Below are positions 55,391 to 64,000 of a stretch of 64,000 nt of DNA, piece after piece. Each line of letters starts with the position of its first letter. The stretch's first letter is position 1. A program made the position numbers and the translations under genes. The notes under the pieces were generated by a model, which worked only from the letters and a program-made list of their open reading frames with translations, ran no database searches and was not told the origin of the DNA. Source of the DNA: Planctomycetota bacterium (GTDB lineage: Bacteria > Planctomycetota > JAJSAM01 > JAJVHW01). The stretch lies in assembly GCA_965248445.1 (NCBI GenBank), contig CBDFJG010000003.1:1120001-1184000 (forward strand), in the 5' to 3' direction.

Positions 55391-56419
55391 TCAGGCGAGC
55401 GTCTGTTCGACGCTGCCCGCCCCGTCGGCGTAGCGCACGACGGCGCAAGCGCCCTGGATCAGCGTCATCTGGGGCGGGCGGTGTCCGATGTCCGCGTCGT
55501 ACACGACCGGGCACGGCAGATCGCCGAGCGCGGACGCGAGCGCATCGACGTACGAGTACGCCTCGCCCTCCTCGGCAGCGCTCCGTCCGATCAGGACGCC
55601 GGCGAGCCCGTCGAACCAGCCGGCGAGGCGCATTCCCCAGAGGGTGCGCGCCGTCTCGGGTGGGAGCAGTTCGCAGTTCTCGAAGAACAGGATCACTCCG
55701 TCGTCGTGATGCTCCCGGGTGAACGCCGGGAGGTCGCCATACGGCGAACCCGTCATGCGCCCGATCGTGTCCAGGCAGCCGCCGGCCAAGCGCCCGCCGA
55801 ATTGGACCGGACGCTCCGCGCCGAGGACACGCCACCGCGTCGGCTCGGTCATGTCGAACGTCGCGTCCGGGAACTCCTTGAAGTCCTTCCACGTGAGCTG
55901 CCACTTCTCCGAGGAGTGCTGCGTGAACGTGGTCCCCGCCGGCAGCGCCAGGGTCGGAAGCACGGCCGCGGAGAGCCGATCATCCTGGCCGGGTGCCAGG
56001 TCCATCAGGTTCAGGCCGTGCGCGCTCGCGGTGCCCGCGCGCATGAGTTGCGCGAGTCCGTAAGTGCTGAGATCCGAGAACCCGAGCAACCACGTCGGCC
56101 GCGCGGCAGAGATCGCGTCCCAGTCGAGGACCGGCAGGATCTCGACCAGGATCTCGCCGCCCCACGGCGGGAAGACGGCCGCGACGTCATCGCGCAGCAT
56201 GAGCTCCTGGAACTCGGCAGCGCGTTCCTCGCGCGGCGCGCTGACGTGGCGCTCGTTCGCTCGCAGGCAGCTCCCCTCGGTGACGTCGTACCCGCGCGCC
56301 CGCAGGTGCCCGATGACGAGGTCCAATCGCGCGTGCAACGGAGGCGCGACCCCCGCGGACGGCGCCGTCACTGCGATCGTGTCGCCCGGACGGAGCGGCG
56401 GCGGGAAGCGGATGCGCAT
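55391..56419 (-). CDS. S66-family LD-carboxypeptidase / MccF-like protein
   Basis: LRPGDTIAVTAPS, PPWGGE, LGFSDLST, GRLAGGCLD, DIGHRPPQ. Confidence 0.9.
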   Translation of the reverse strand: MRIRFPPPLRPGDTIAVTAPSAGVAPPLHARLDLVIGHLRARGYDVTEGSCLRANERHVSAPREERAAEFQELMLRDDVAAVFPPWGGEILVEILPVLDWDAISAARPTWLLGFSDLSTYGLAQLMRAGTASAHGLNLMDLAPGQDDRLSAAVLPTLALPAGTTFTQHSSEKWQLTWKDFKEFPDATFDMTEPTRWRVLGAERPVQFGGRLAGGCLDTIGRMTGSPYGDLPAFTREHHDDGVILFFENCELLPPETARTLWGMRLAGWFDGLAGVLIGRSAAEEGEAYSYVDALASALGDLPCPVVYDADIGHRPPQMTLIQGACAVVRYADGAGSVEQTLA

Positions 56420-57789
56420 TACACGCGGTCTGGTGGCGTGACCTTGGCGATCCAGCCGTCGAAGTCACCCTCGTAGCCGACGGCGTCCTGACGCCCGTGC
56501 ACCCTGTCGGCCAGCGCCGCCAGCTGTTCGGTGGTGAGCGGCTCCTTGCCTTCGACGTGCTGCTGCACGGCTTCCGCCGCCGCGGCGCCGGCGGACTCCG
56601 CGGCGACCATCACGCCGCCGGGTTCGTTCAGCTCCTTTTCACCGACGCCCAGATACTCGGCCAGCACGACGTCGCTGACCTTCTTCGCGTGACGACGGGA
56701 GATCGCGATGTTGCCCTGTCCGGTGACGACGTTGCCGACACCGAAAACCTCCGGCATGCCCTTGACCTTGCCGAGGTCCCAATCCTCGTAGTCGTAGAAG
56801 TCGCCGCTCATCGGCAGGCCCTCGATCGCGAGCGGAACGGATCCGATCGAACTGAACAGCTGCTTGGTCGGGATGACCTCTTCGGTTCCCTCGAGCTCGA
56901 TCACCTTGCGGCCCTCGGTGCGCGTGCCGATGACTTCGAGCCCCGACACCTGGCCGTTCTCGTCGAGCACGATCCGCTTCGGGAGCGTGTTCGGCCGGAA
57001 GTTGCAGAGGTACTTCGTCTGCGTGAGGTTCATCAGCTTCTCGCGCACGGCGCGCGTCTTCTCCTTCGAGACGTCGTCCGCACCCGGCTTGAACGACGCG
57101 AGCGGCATCTCCCGCGCGCTCCGCCGATAGACGAGCGTGCAGCCCTTGAGACCGAGGTCGTCGAGCGTCAGTTCGAGACCCGCGAGGATCTTGTTGACGC
57201 CCTTCTTCTCCAGGTGCACGACGTCGATCTCGTGTCCGCGCTCGCGCAGCTTCGCGGCCACTGTCTCGACCATCACGGCCTTGATCACGTCGATCGACGC
57301 GAGCCCGCCGCCGACGATCACCGCGTCGTCGATCGGCGCGAGCTCGGGGCCGTCGTAGCTCGTCTCCTCGTGGTGGTTGAACCAGTAGATGAACGGGTTC
57401 TGGTAGATCAGCCCGTTGTCCTCGGCCGCCTCCGCGTTCTCCGCCGCCAGCGGACGGTCGCGCCACGCACCGCACCCGAGCACGATCGCGCTGAAGCCCC
57501 AGTTGCGCAGGTCGGCGAACGAGACGTGCTCACCGATCGTCGTGTTCGGTACGTACGTGACGCCGTCGGTCTGGAGCTTGCCGCCGATGCGCGCGTACTC
57601 CTGCATGCGCTGGCGCGCGTGCCACCGCGGCAGCCCGTCTTCGATCTTCCCGAACGGCCGTGCGTTCTGCTCGAACACGACGACGAAGCAGCCGGCCTGG
57701 GCGAGAATCTCGGCCGCTTCGGCACCCGCGCAGGCACCCCCGATGACGGCGACCGCGTGGCGTGGCTGGTTCAGGTACGAAGCGTCCAT
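56419..57789 (-). CDS. FAD/NAD(P)-dependent oxidoreductase (adrenodoxin-reductase / GltD-like)
   Basis: VAVIGGACAG, PFGKIEDGLPRWH, IVGGGLASIDV, LVYRR, VFGVGN. Confidence 0.8.
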   Translation of the reverse strand: MDASYLNQPRHAVAVIGGACAGAEAAEILAQAGCFVVVFEQNARPFGKIEDGLPRWHARQRMQEYARIGGKLQTDGVTYVPNTTIGEHVSFADLRNWGFSAIVLGCGAWRDRPLAAENAEAAEDNGLIYQNPFIYWFNHHEETSYDGPELAPIDDAVIVGGGLASIDVIKAVMVETVAAKLRERGHEIDVVHLEKKGVNKILAGLELTLDDLGLKGCTLVYRRSAREMPLASFKPGADDVSKEKTRAVREKLMNLTQTKYLCNFRPNTLPKRIVLDENGQVSGLEVIGTRTEGRKVIELEGTEEVIPTKQLFSSIGSVPLAIEGLPMSGDFYDYEDWDLGKVKGMPEVFGVGNVVTGQGNIAISRRHAKKVSDVVLAEYLGVGEKELNEPGGVMVAAESAGAAAAEAVQQHVEGKEPLTTEQLAALADRVHGRQDAVGYEGDFDGWIAKVTPPDRV

Positions 57790-57938
57790 GGCGGCTCTCC
57801 GGGGCTCTCCACCGGCTCCGCGCACCACTTCGGGCGATCCGCGTCGGCGAAGCCGGAGACGATACCGCAGGCTCGGATCGAGGCCGAAGAAGGGGGGGCC
57901 GGTCAACCTCCGGGCGTCCGCTGCCCGATGAGGAACCG

Positions 57939-59327
57939 ATGCCTCACGGTTCCGTGCTGCTGGTCGACGACGACGTGGACTTCACCTCCACGCTCGCTGC
58001 GGGGCTCACGTCCCACGGTCACCGGGTCGCCACGGCCGGGAGCCTCGCCGAGGCGATCGACAGCTTCGACCGGGACGCCCCCGACGTGGCGCTGCTCGAC
58101 CTCCGGCTGCCCGACGGTCACGGCCTCGAACTCCTCGAGGCCCTGCGTGCCCGTCGCGGCGACACGGAGTTCGTGATCCTGTCGGGCTACGGCACCGTCG
58201 GCGAGGCCGTCGAGGCCATCAAGCGCGGCGCGGTGGACTTCGTAGAGAAGCCGGTGCGGCTGGCGCACCTCGAGGCCGTCATCGGTCGCGCCCTCGCGGC
58301 GCAGCAGCTCAAGCGCCAGGTCGAGCGCCTGCGCGAAGACGTCGAGCGTCTGCAGGGCACGCGCGGCATCCTCGGTCAGTCCCCCGCCATCCGCCGCGTC
58401 ACCGCGACGATCAGCAAAGTCGCCGGTGCGCGTGACACGACCGTGCTGCTCGCCGGCGAGAGCGGCACCGGCAAGGAGCTGGCCGCCCGCGCCATCCACG
58501 ACGCGAGCCCCCGCAAGGACGGCCCGTTCGTCGCGGTCAACTGCGCGGCGCTGAGCTCGTCACTCCTCGAAAGCGAGCTGTTCGGCTACGACGAGGCGTC
58601 GTTCACCGGCGCGCAGGCCGGCGGCAAGGAAGGACTCTTCGAGGCGGCCGAGGGCGGCACGCTGTTCCTCGACGAAATCAGCGAGCTCGAGCCGCCGCTG
58701 CAGGCCAAGCTGCTGCGCGTGCTGCAGGAGCGGCGCGTGAGGCGCGTCGGCGGAGTGCACGACCGTCCGGTCGATATCCGCGTCGTCGCGAGCACGAACC
58801 GCGACCTGGAGAGTCAGGTTGCAGTCGGCGCATTCCGCCAGGACCTCTACTACCGTCTCCGCGTCGCGCCCATCCGCATGCCCGCATTGCGCGATCGCGG
58901 CAACGACGTCCTGTTGCTCGCCGAGCACTACGTGCGTCACTTCGCCGAGCAGATGGGCAAGCACGCAGACGGGCTGACCGACGCGGCGCGCACGGCGCTC
59001 CAGCGCCACGACTGGCCGGGCAACGTCCGCGAGCTTCGCAACATCATCGAGTACGCCGCAATCCTCTGCCCGGGCGGCAGCATCGACGTCGAGCACCTCA
59101 ATCTCCCGGCCGCCGTCGCATCGCCGCTCCTCGTGAACGGCGGCGAGGCGACTGCGGAGGCGTTCGTCCGCGCGCTGCCCGATCGCAAGCTGACGACGCT
59201 CGAGAAGGCCGCCATCGAGGCCGTGCTCGAGGACACGGGCGGCAACGTCGCCAAGACGGCGCGCGAGCTCGGCATCCACCGCCAGACGCTCTACAACAAG
59301 ATCAAGACGTACGGCATCCGCAAGTAG
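57939..59327 (+). CDS. NtrC-family sigma-54-dependent response regulator (REC-AAA+-Fis HTH)
   Basis: LLVDDD, LLDLRLPDG, GESGTGKE, ESELFG..ASFTGA, GTLFLDEI, DLYYRL, WPGNVREL, GNVAKTARELGI.RQTLY.K. Confidence 0.93.
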   Translation: MPHGSVLLVDDDVDFTSTLAAGLTSHGHRVATAGSLAEAIDSFDRDAPDVALLDLRLPDGHGLELLEALRARRGDTEFVILSGYGTVGEAVEAIKRGAVDFVEKPVRLAHLEAVIGRALAAQQLKRQVERLREDVERLQGTRGILGQSPAIRRVTATISKVAGARDTTVLLAGESGTGKELAARAIHDASPRKDGPFVAVNCAALSSSLLESELFGYDEASFTGAQAGGKEGLFEAAEGGTLFLDEISELEPPLQAKLLRVLQERRVRRVGGVHDRPVDIRVVASTNRDLESQVAVGAFRQDLYYRLRVAPIRMPALRDRGNDVLLLAEHYVRHFAEQMGKHADGLTDAARTALQRHDWPGNVRELRNIIEYAAILCPGGSIDVEHLNLPAAVASPLLVNGGEATAEAFVRALPDRKLTTLEKAAIEAVLEDTGGNVAKTARELGIHRQTLYNKIKTYGIRK

Positions 59328-59341
59328 CGGGCGTCGTCCTG

Positions 59342-59692
59342 TCAGCGGCCGGCGTCGAGCGCGTCCATCTGCGAGAGCACCCGCTCCACGTCGTCCATGA
59401 TCGCGGACGCCTCGGCGCGGGCCGCGCGGTCGTCCCGCAGCGCACCCATGTAGACGTTCTTCTGCGCGTCGGAGAGCTGGACGATCAACTCGTCCATGAC
59501 CTCGATGCGGCTGTCACGCGCCTCCGGGCTGCGCACGCTCTGGGAGGCGCGGGTCTGGGACTCGATCCTCGCCCAGGCGGACGCGATTCGGCGTTCGAGG
59601 CGTCCCACCGGCTTGGGTGCGCCCTTCACGCTCCCGCAGGCGGTCACCGCAAGCACCGACGCGAGTCCCAGCCCGAGAAGTGTCATCCGCAT
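59342..59692 (-). CDS. Small hypothetical lipoprotein
   Basis: Lipobox VTAC; helical mature region; AGGGAGAG upstream. Confidence 0.65.
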   Translation of the reverse strand: MRMTLLGLGLASVLAVTACGSVKGAPKPVGRLERRIASAWARIESQTRASQSVRSPEARDSRIEVMDELIVQLSDAQKNVYMGALRDDRAARAEASAIMDDVERVLSQMDALDAGR

Positions 59693-59747
59693 CGTCACGC
59701 TCTCCCTTCGCGCGGATCGTACCGCTCTTCCGGGGTAGGCTCCCGGG

Positions 59748-61283
59748 ATGAGCCACGACATCGACGTTCCCGCACTTCTCGGACGCTTGGGCATCGACGC
59801 TTCCGAGCCCAACCCCGGCCTCTACGACGGCTCGTTCGTGAAAGGCGCCGGCGGCGCGCTTGCGTCGCACTCCCCCGCCGACGGCGCGCCGCTGGCGACC
59901 GTGGCGATGGCGACGCGGGAGGACTACGAGCGCGCGGTCGTCACAGGCGTAGTCACGTTCGACCGCTGGCGCATGGCACCGGCGCCCGCCCGCGGCGATG
60001 TGCTACGACTGATCGCTGACGAACTCCGCGCTTCGAAGCAGGATCTCGGCACGCTCGTCTCGCTCGAGATGGGCAAGGTCCTCTCCGAGGGACTCGGCGA
60101 AGTGCAGGAGATGATCGACATCGCCGACTTCGGTGTCGGGCTCTCGCGCCAGCTGTACGGACTGACCATGCACAGCGAGCGGCCGCAGCACCGGATGTAC
60201 GAACAGTGGCACCCGCTCGGGACGGTCGGTGTCATCACCGCGTTCAACTTCCCGGTCGCCGTCTGGTCCTGGAACGCGTTCCTCGCGATGGTCTGCGGCG
60301 ACGTCGTGCTGTGGAAACCGTCCGAGAAGACACCGCTGACGGCGCTCGCCGTCTGCAACATCGTGGATCGCGTGCTCGACCGGACGGGCTGGCAGGGCAT
60401 CCTGAACTGCGTGATCGGCGACGTCGCCGAGGTCGGCGAGCCCATGCTCGACGATCCGCGTGTGCCACTCGTGTCCGCGACGGGCTCGTGCCGCATGGGC
60501 AAGATCGTCGGTCCGCGCGTCGCGGCGCGTCTCGGCCGTACGCTGCTCGAACTGGGCGGCAACAACGCCCTCACCGTGCTCGAGGACGCGGATCTCGGTG
60601 TCGCGCTCCGCGCCGTGGCGTTCGGCGCAGTCGGCACGGCGGGCCAGCGCTGCACGACGACGCGTCGCGTCCTCCTGCAGCGCGGCATCGCCGGCAAGTT
60701 CACCGAGAAGCTCGTCGCGGCCTACGGCTCGATCTCCATCGGCCACCCGCTCGACCCGGAGACGCTCTGCGGTCCGCTCATCGACGGCGACGCCGTCGCC
60801 ATGTACGAGCGCGCCGTGGCGAGGATCCGCGCGGACGGCGGAGAGATCCTGACCGGCGGCAACGTGCTCGAGCGCGCCGGGCACTACGTCGAGCCAGCGA
60901 TCGCGCGGGTCCCCAAGGACTTCGCGTTCGCGCAGGAAGAGACGTTCGCGCCGATCCTGTACCTGATGGAGGTCGACGATCTCGCGGACGCAATCACGGT
61001 CAACAACGCCGTCCCCCAGGGCCTGTCATCCGCCGTCTTCACCGACAGCATGAAGTCGGCCGAGAGGTTCCTCGCTCACAGCGGTTCGGACTGCGGCATC
61101 GCGAACGTGAACATCGGCACGTCCGGCGCCGAGATCGGCGGCGCATTCGGCGGCGAGAAGGACACGGGCGGCGGCCGCGAGGCCGGCAGCGACTCGTGGA
61201 AGGCCTACATGCGCCGCCAGACATGCACGATCAACTGGGGCGACGAACTGCCCCTCGCCCAGGGCGTGACGTTCGACATCTGA
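59748..61283 (+). CDS. Aldehyde dehydrogenase, ALDH7/antiquitin type (piperideine-6-carboxylate dehydrogenase-like)
   Basis: EGLGEVQEMIDI.DF.VGLSRQLYG, ITAFNFPVAVW, LELGGNN, GTAGQRCTT, EETFAPIL, GAEIGGAFGGEK.TGGGRE.GSD.WK.YMRR. Confidence 0.93.
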   Translation: MSHDIDVPALLGRLGIDASEPNPGLYDGSFVKGAGGALASHSPADGAPLATVAMATREDYERAVVTGVVTFDRWRMAPAPARGDVLRLIADELRASKQDLGTLVSLEMGKVLSEGLGEVQEMIDIADFGVGLSRQLYGLTMHSERPQHRMYEQWHPLGTVGVITAFNFPVAVWSWNAFLAMVCGDVVLWKPSEKTPLTALAVCNIVDRVLDRTGWQGILNCVIGDVAEVGEPMLDDPRVPLVSATGSCRMGKIVGPRVAARLGRTLLELGGNNALTVLEDADLGVALRAVAFGAVGTAGQRCTTTRRVLLQRGIAGKFTEKLVAAYGSISIGHPLDPETLCGPLIDGDAVAMYERAVARIRADGGEILTGGNVLERAGHYVEPAIARVPKDFAFAQEETFAPILYLMEVDDLADAITVNNAVPQGLSSAVFTDSMKSAERFLAHSGSDCGIANVNIGTSGAEIGGAFGGEKDTGGGREAGSDSWKAYMRRQTCTINWGDELPLAQGVTFDI

Positions 61284-61479
61284 CCGGCTCGGCGCTGAAT
61301 CGGCCGTCGTCGACGACTCGGCGTGGACTCCCGTCGACCCGGGCGGATACGATCGGAGCTACATTCGCCGCGGAGACAACGGGTAACTCACCTACTCCGC
61401 ATGAAGAGCATGCGATCCCGCACGCGAGCAGCGTGTGATCCGACGAGCCCCTTGTCACCGCCGCGCTCGGAGGCACACC

Positions 61480-63602
61480 ATGCAGGGATCTCAACTCCGT
61501 GGGTCACTCGACATGCGGGTCGTGGCGTCAGCAGCCGCGCTCGTCATCGCCGTCTGCGCAGGGGACGCGTGGTCGCAGGACTACGCGCTCAGCACCGCGG
61601 GGACGTCGCAGTTCACGGCTACGCCGAGTAACGCGACGTCCGTGAACGTCGGCGACGACACCCTGACCGAGCTCGCGCTGCCGTTCGAGTTCCCGTACTT
61701 CGGACAGGTCTTCCCGAACGTCCACATCGGCTCCAACGGGTATGTGCAGTTCATCCCCGCAGGGGCGACCGTGCCCACCCCGCCCGGCGTGAACGGCGGC
61801 GTGAACAACTGGGACAACGAGTCGTTCCCGTTCGCATCGGACCCGTTCTACGACGGCATCGTCGCGCCGCTCTGGGTCGATCTCAGCCCGAGCAGGCAAG
61901 GGTCGGTGAAGCACTTCACGACCGGCACCACTCCCAACCGGAAGTTCATCGTCGCGTGGGACAACGTGCCCTGCTACGGCGACGGCGGCGCTCCGGAGCG
62001 GGGCGCGTACTACTTCTAGGTCCACCTGTACGAGACAACCGGCCGGATCGTGTTCGCATACGACCACGCCGGCGGGATCTGGACCGACCTGGACTACAAC
62101 GGCCTCCCGAACGCGAACTCGTCCGGGGGCTTCTCCCACGGCATCGACGCGCCCGCCGCGGACACGCGGTACGTGGCGGTCAATGCGTCGAACAGCAACA
62201 GCGTGAAGCCGGCGACCGACTTTCAATTCGACCCGGTCGTCACGACGTACACCGGCCGCCTGCTGCTGGACGAGATCGTCTCGGACGCGACCGGCATCGG
62301 GAACAGCCAGAACACCGCGCAGCCCGCGGCTCCCGTACGTGTCGAGCTTCTGGACGGCGCCACCGTCGCGGCAACCAGTCTGACGGACGCGAGCGGCGCG
62401 TACTCGTTGAAGGGGCTTGCACTCGACAGCACAAAGACCGGACTCTTGCGGCTCGTGGCGCAGTCCGCTGCAGGCCGCGTTATCCAAACCGTCGGCGGCG
62501 CCCCACACGCGATCACGGTCAACGGCTCCGTCAGCTTCGCGGCGAGCGCGAATCTCGGGACGTTCACGGTCAGCGACGGCAACGACGCCAGCACACAGTT
62601 CCGCGGAGCGCTGCAGACGGCGATGGCCGCAGGAACCGCCTGGAACTGGGTGAGTACGCGCACCGCCACGGCCGTGGTGCCGATCGACCTCGTCTACGAC
62701 GTCTCCTCCGCGACCGCCTCGACGTACTCCCCTGCACAACTCCCGGCGACGCCACCGTCCGCGCGGATAGCCAGCGTGGCGAGCGGAAACAACGACGGCT
62801 TCGACGCTGCGGTCGTGATGAGCATCTGGGGTCACCACGTCATCGCGACGCTGACCGCCGCGCCGACACAGAGCGTGACACCGGGACCCGACGTCATCTC
62901 GACGACAGAGAACGCCTTCGCCGAGGCCTTCGGTACGTGGCTCTACACCGAGATCACGGGCGTCACCGCGCAGATCGACGGGATCAACGGCTCGACGGCG
63001 GCTTCGTTCGACATCGAGACGCCTCAGCTGGCCTCGCTCAAGGGTCCGGACGTGGCCGGCTGGGTCGCTGCGGCGCTGTGGGACCTTTCCGACGATTCAG
63101 CTTCCGAGAGCCACGACACGATCGACGGCACGGGCACCACCGACCATGAGCGCCCGTTCACGATCCTCGCCGCGATGGTCACCGAGCCGACGCCGAGTCA
63201 GTTCTTCACGGACTGGACCGCGCAGGCGTTCGACGGACGTGCGCTCGTGCGGAACTTCATTCACCACGGGCTATTCGGTGATGACGCCTGGGAGGCCAAC
63301 GATCTCGTCGGCGAGGCCGCAAACCTGGGATCGGTCGGCATCCGTCTCACCGGCCTGGTCCTCAATCCGAGCAACGAGGACTGGTACCGGGTCTCCCTGG
63401 GCGAGCCAGTCAACGGCCTGTTCGCGGACATGACCTTCAATCGGTTCGCAGAGCCTGCAACGGTGACCCTGCAGATCACGGACGCCGCTGGCATCGCCAT
63501 CGCGACCGGCGTACCCAACGGGGACATCGGTCCGATCGAAGCGGCCACCGGGCCGCTTCTCGCCGGTGACTATCACGTACGCGTCTCGCATGACGCCGGC
63601 CC
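61480..63602 (+). pseudogene. Large secreted protein (nidogen-like N-terminus, degenerate zincin-like domain, PPC-like domain) with in-frame TAG at 62017-62019, cut by IS66
   Basis: GGAGG RBS; signal peptide; LPFEFPYFG..IGSNGY..IVAPLWVDL; YYF*VHLYETTGRI continues in frame; DDAWEAND..EDWYRV. Confidence 0.75.
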
Positions 63603-64000
63603 GTACCTGTTCAGCCCTTGATCTGACCGAGGATCCAGATTGTTCCGACGCGGGTCGATGAAGAGTGTGTGGGCACCGACGAGTTGCGCGAGCTGGTCGA
63701 GCGGATGTCGCGTCGGCTGAACGACGCGGAGGAGACGATCGCGTCGCAAGCGGAGGTGATCGAGCGTCAGGCAGCCCGCATCGACGAGCTCGAGAGCCGA
63801 TTGCGACGCGACTCCCGCACATCGTCGCGGCCGCCCTCGTCGGACCCGTCGTGGTCCAAGAGGCGGCGGCGGCGCAAGCCGCCGTCTGACAAGAAGCAGG
63901 GTGCGCAGTCGGGTCACGAGGGCACGACGCGCCAGCTCGTGGACGAGTCCGAGGTCGATGATGTCCAGGACCACCGTCCGCAGGAGTGCAGCTCCTGCGG
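63603..64000 (+). mobile_element. Second, diverged IS66-family element (left part only)
   Basis: GTACCTGTTCAGCCCTTG is similar to the left end at 20192; downstream sequence is homologous to 20192-20590. Confidence 0.88.
63669..64000 (+). CDS. IS66-family transposase, N-terminal part (runs off window)
   Basis: GTG GGC ACC GAC..; DELRELVERM...RRDSRTSSRPPSSDPSWSK, homologous to 20259-21692. Confidence 0.88.
   Translation, partial: MGTDELRELVERMSRRLNDAEETIASQAEVIERQAARIDELESRLRRDSRTSSRPPSSDPSWSKRRRRRKPPSDKKQGAQSGHEGTTRQLVDESEVDDVQDHRPQECSSC

Noticed and set aside
58590..58615. Sigma-54-independent activator because GAFTGA reads ASFTGA
   Set aside because: The key FTGA residues are retained, so the deviation is too small to support a claim.
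62017..62019. Amber recoding or pyrrolysine read-through
   Set aside because: TAG terminates many clear genes here (e.g. 20000, 37275, 45292, 59327), no pyl genes are seen, and the gene is also IS-disrupted.

Overview
High-GC bacterial chromosomal window. The gene repertoire (HEAT/VWA, TPR and lipoproteins, long AsmA-like protein, paired uvrA) suggests Planctomycetota/PVC, but this is inference only. It holds about 45 coding regions: housekeeping genes (pyrC, ppk2, two tandem uvrA-like genes, trxB, an ALDH7-type aldehyde dehydrogenase, an NtrC-type regulator) and many secreted or membrane proteins of unknown function. There are four insertion sequences: two near-identical 1669-bp IS1380-family copies flanked by CTAG, one complete single-ORF IS66-family element with an 8-bp target duplication, and a second diverged IS66 cut by the window end. 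Several genes are broken by a frameshift, a 7-bp duplication, an in-frame TAG or IS truncation. The most notable unexplained signals are: an 18-bp IS1380-end-like sequence between two CTAG stop-codon sites at 12467-12492 (excision footprint or alternative end for one-ended mobilisation); a ~160-nt nested-hairpin region with a possible pseudoknot or switch at 17012-17170; a polymorphic-toxin-like remnant; a split version of the double-length UvrA; several secreted zincin-like domains with degenerate active-site motifs; and a structured ~90-bp intergenic direct repeat. No rRNA, tRNA or CRISPR array was found. All calls were made by eye, without database searches.
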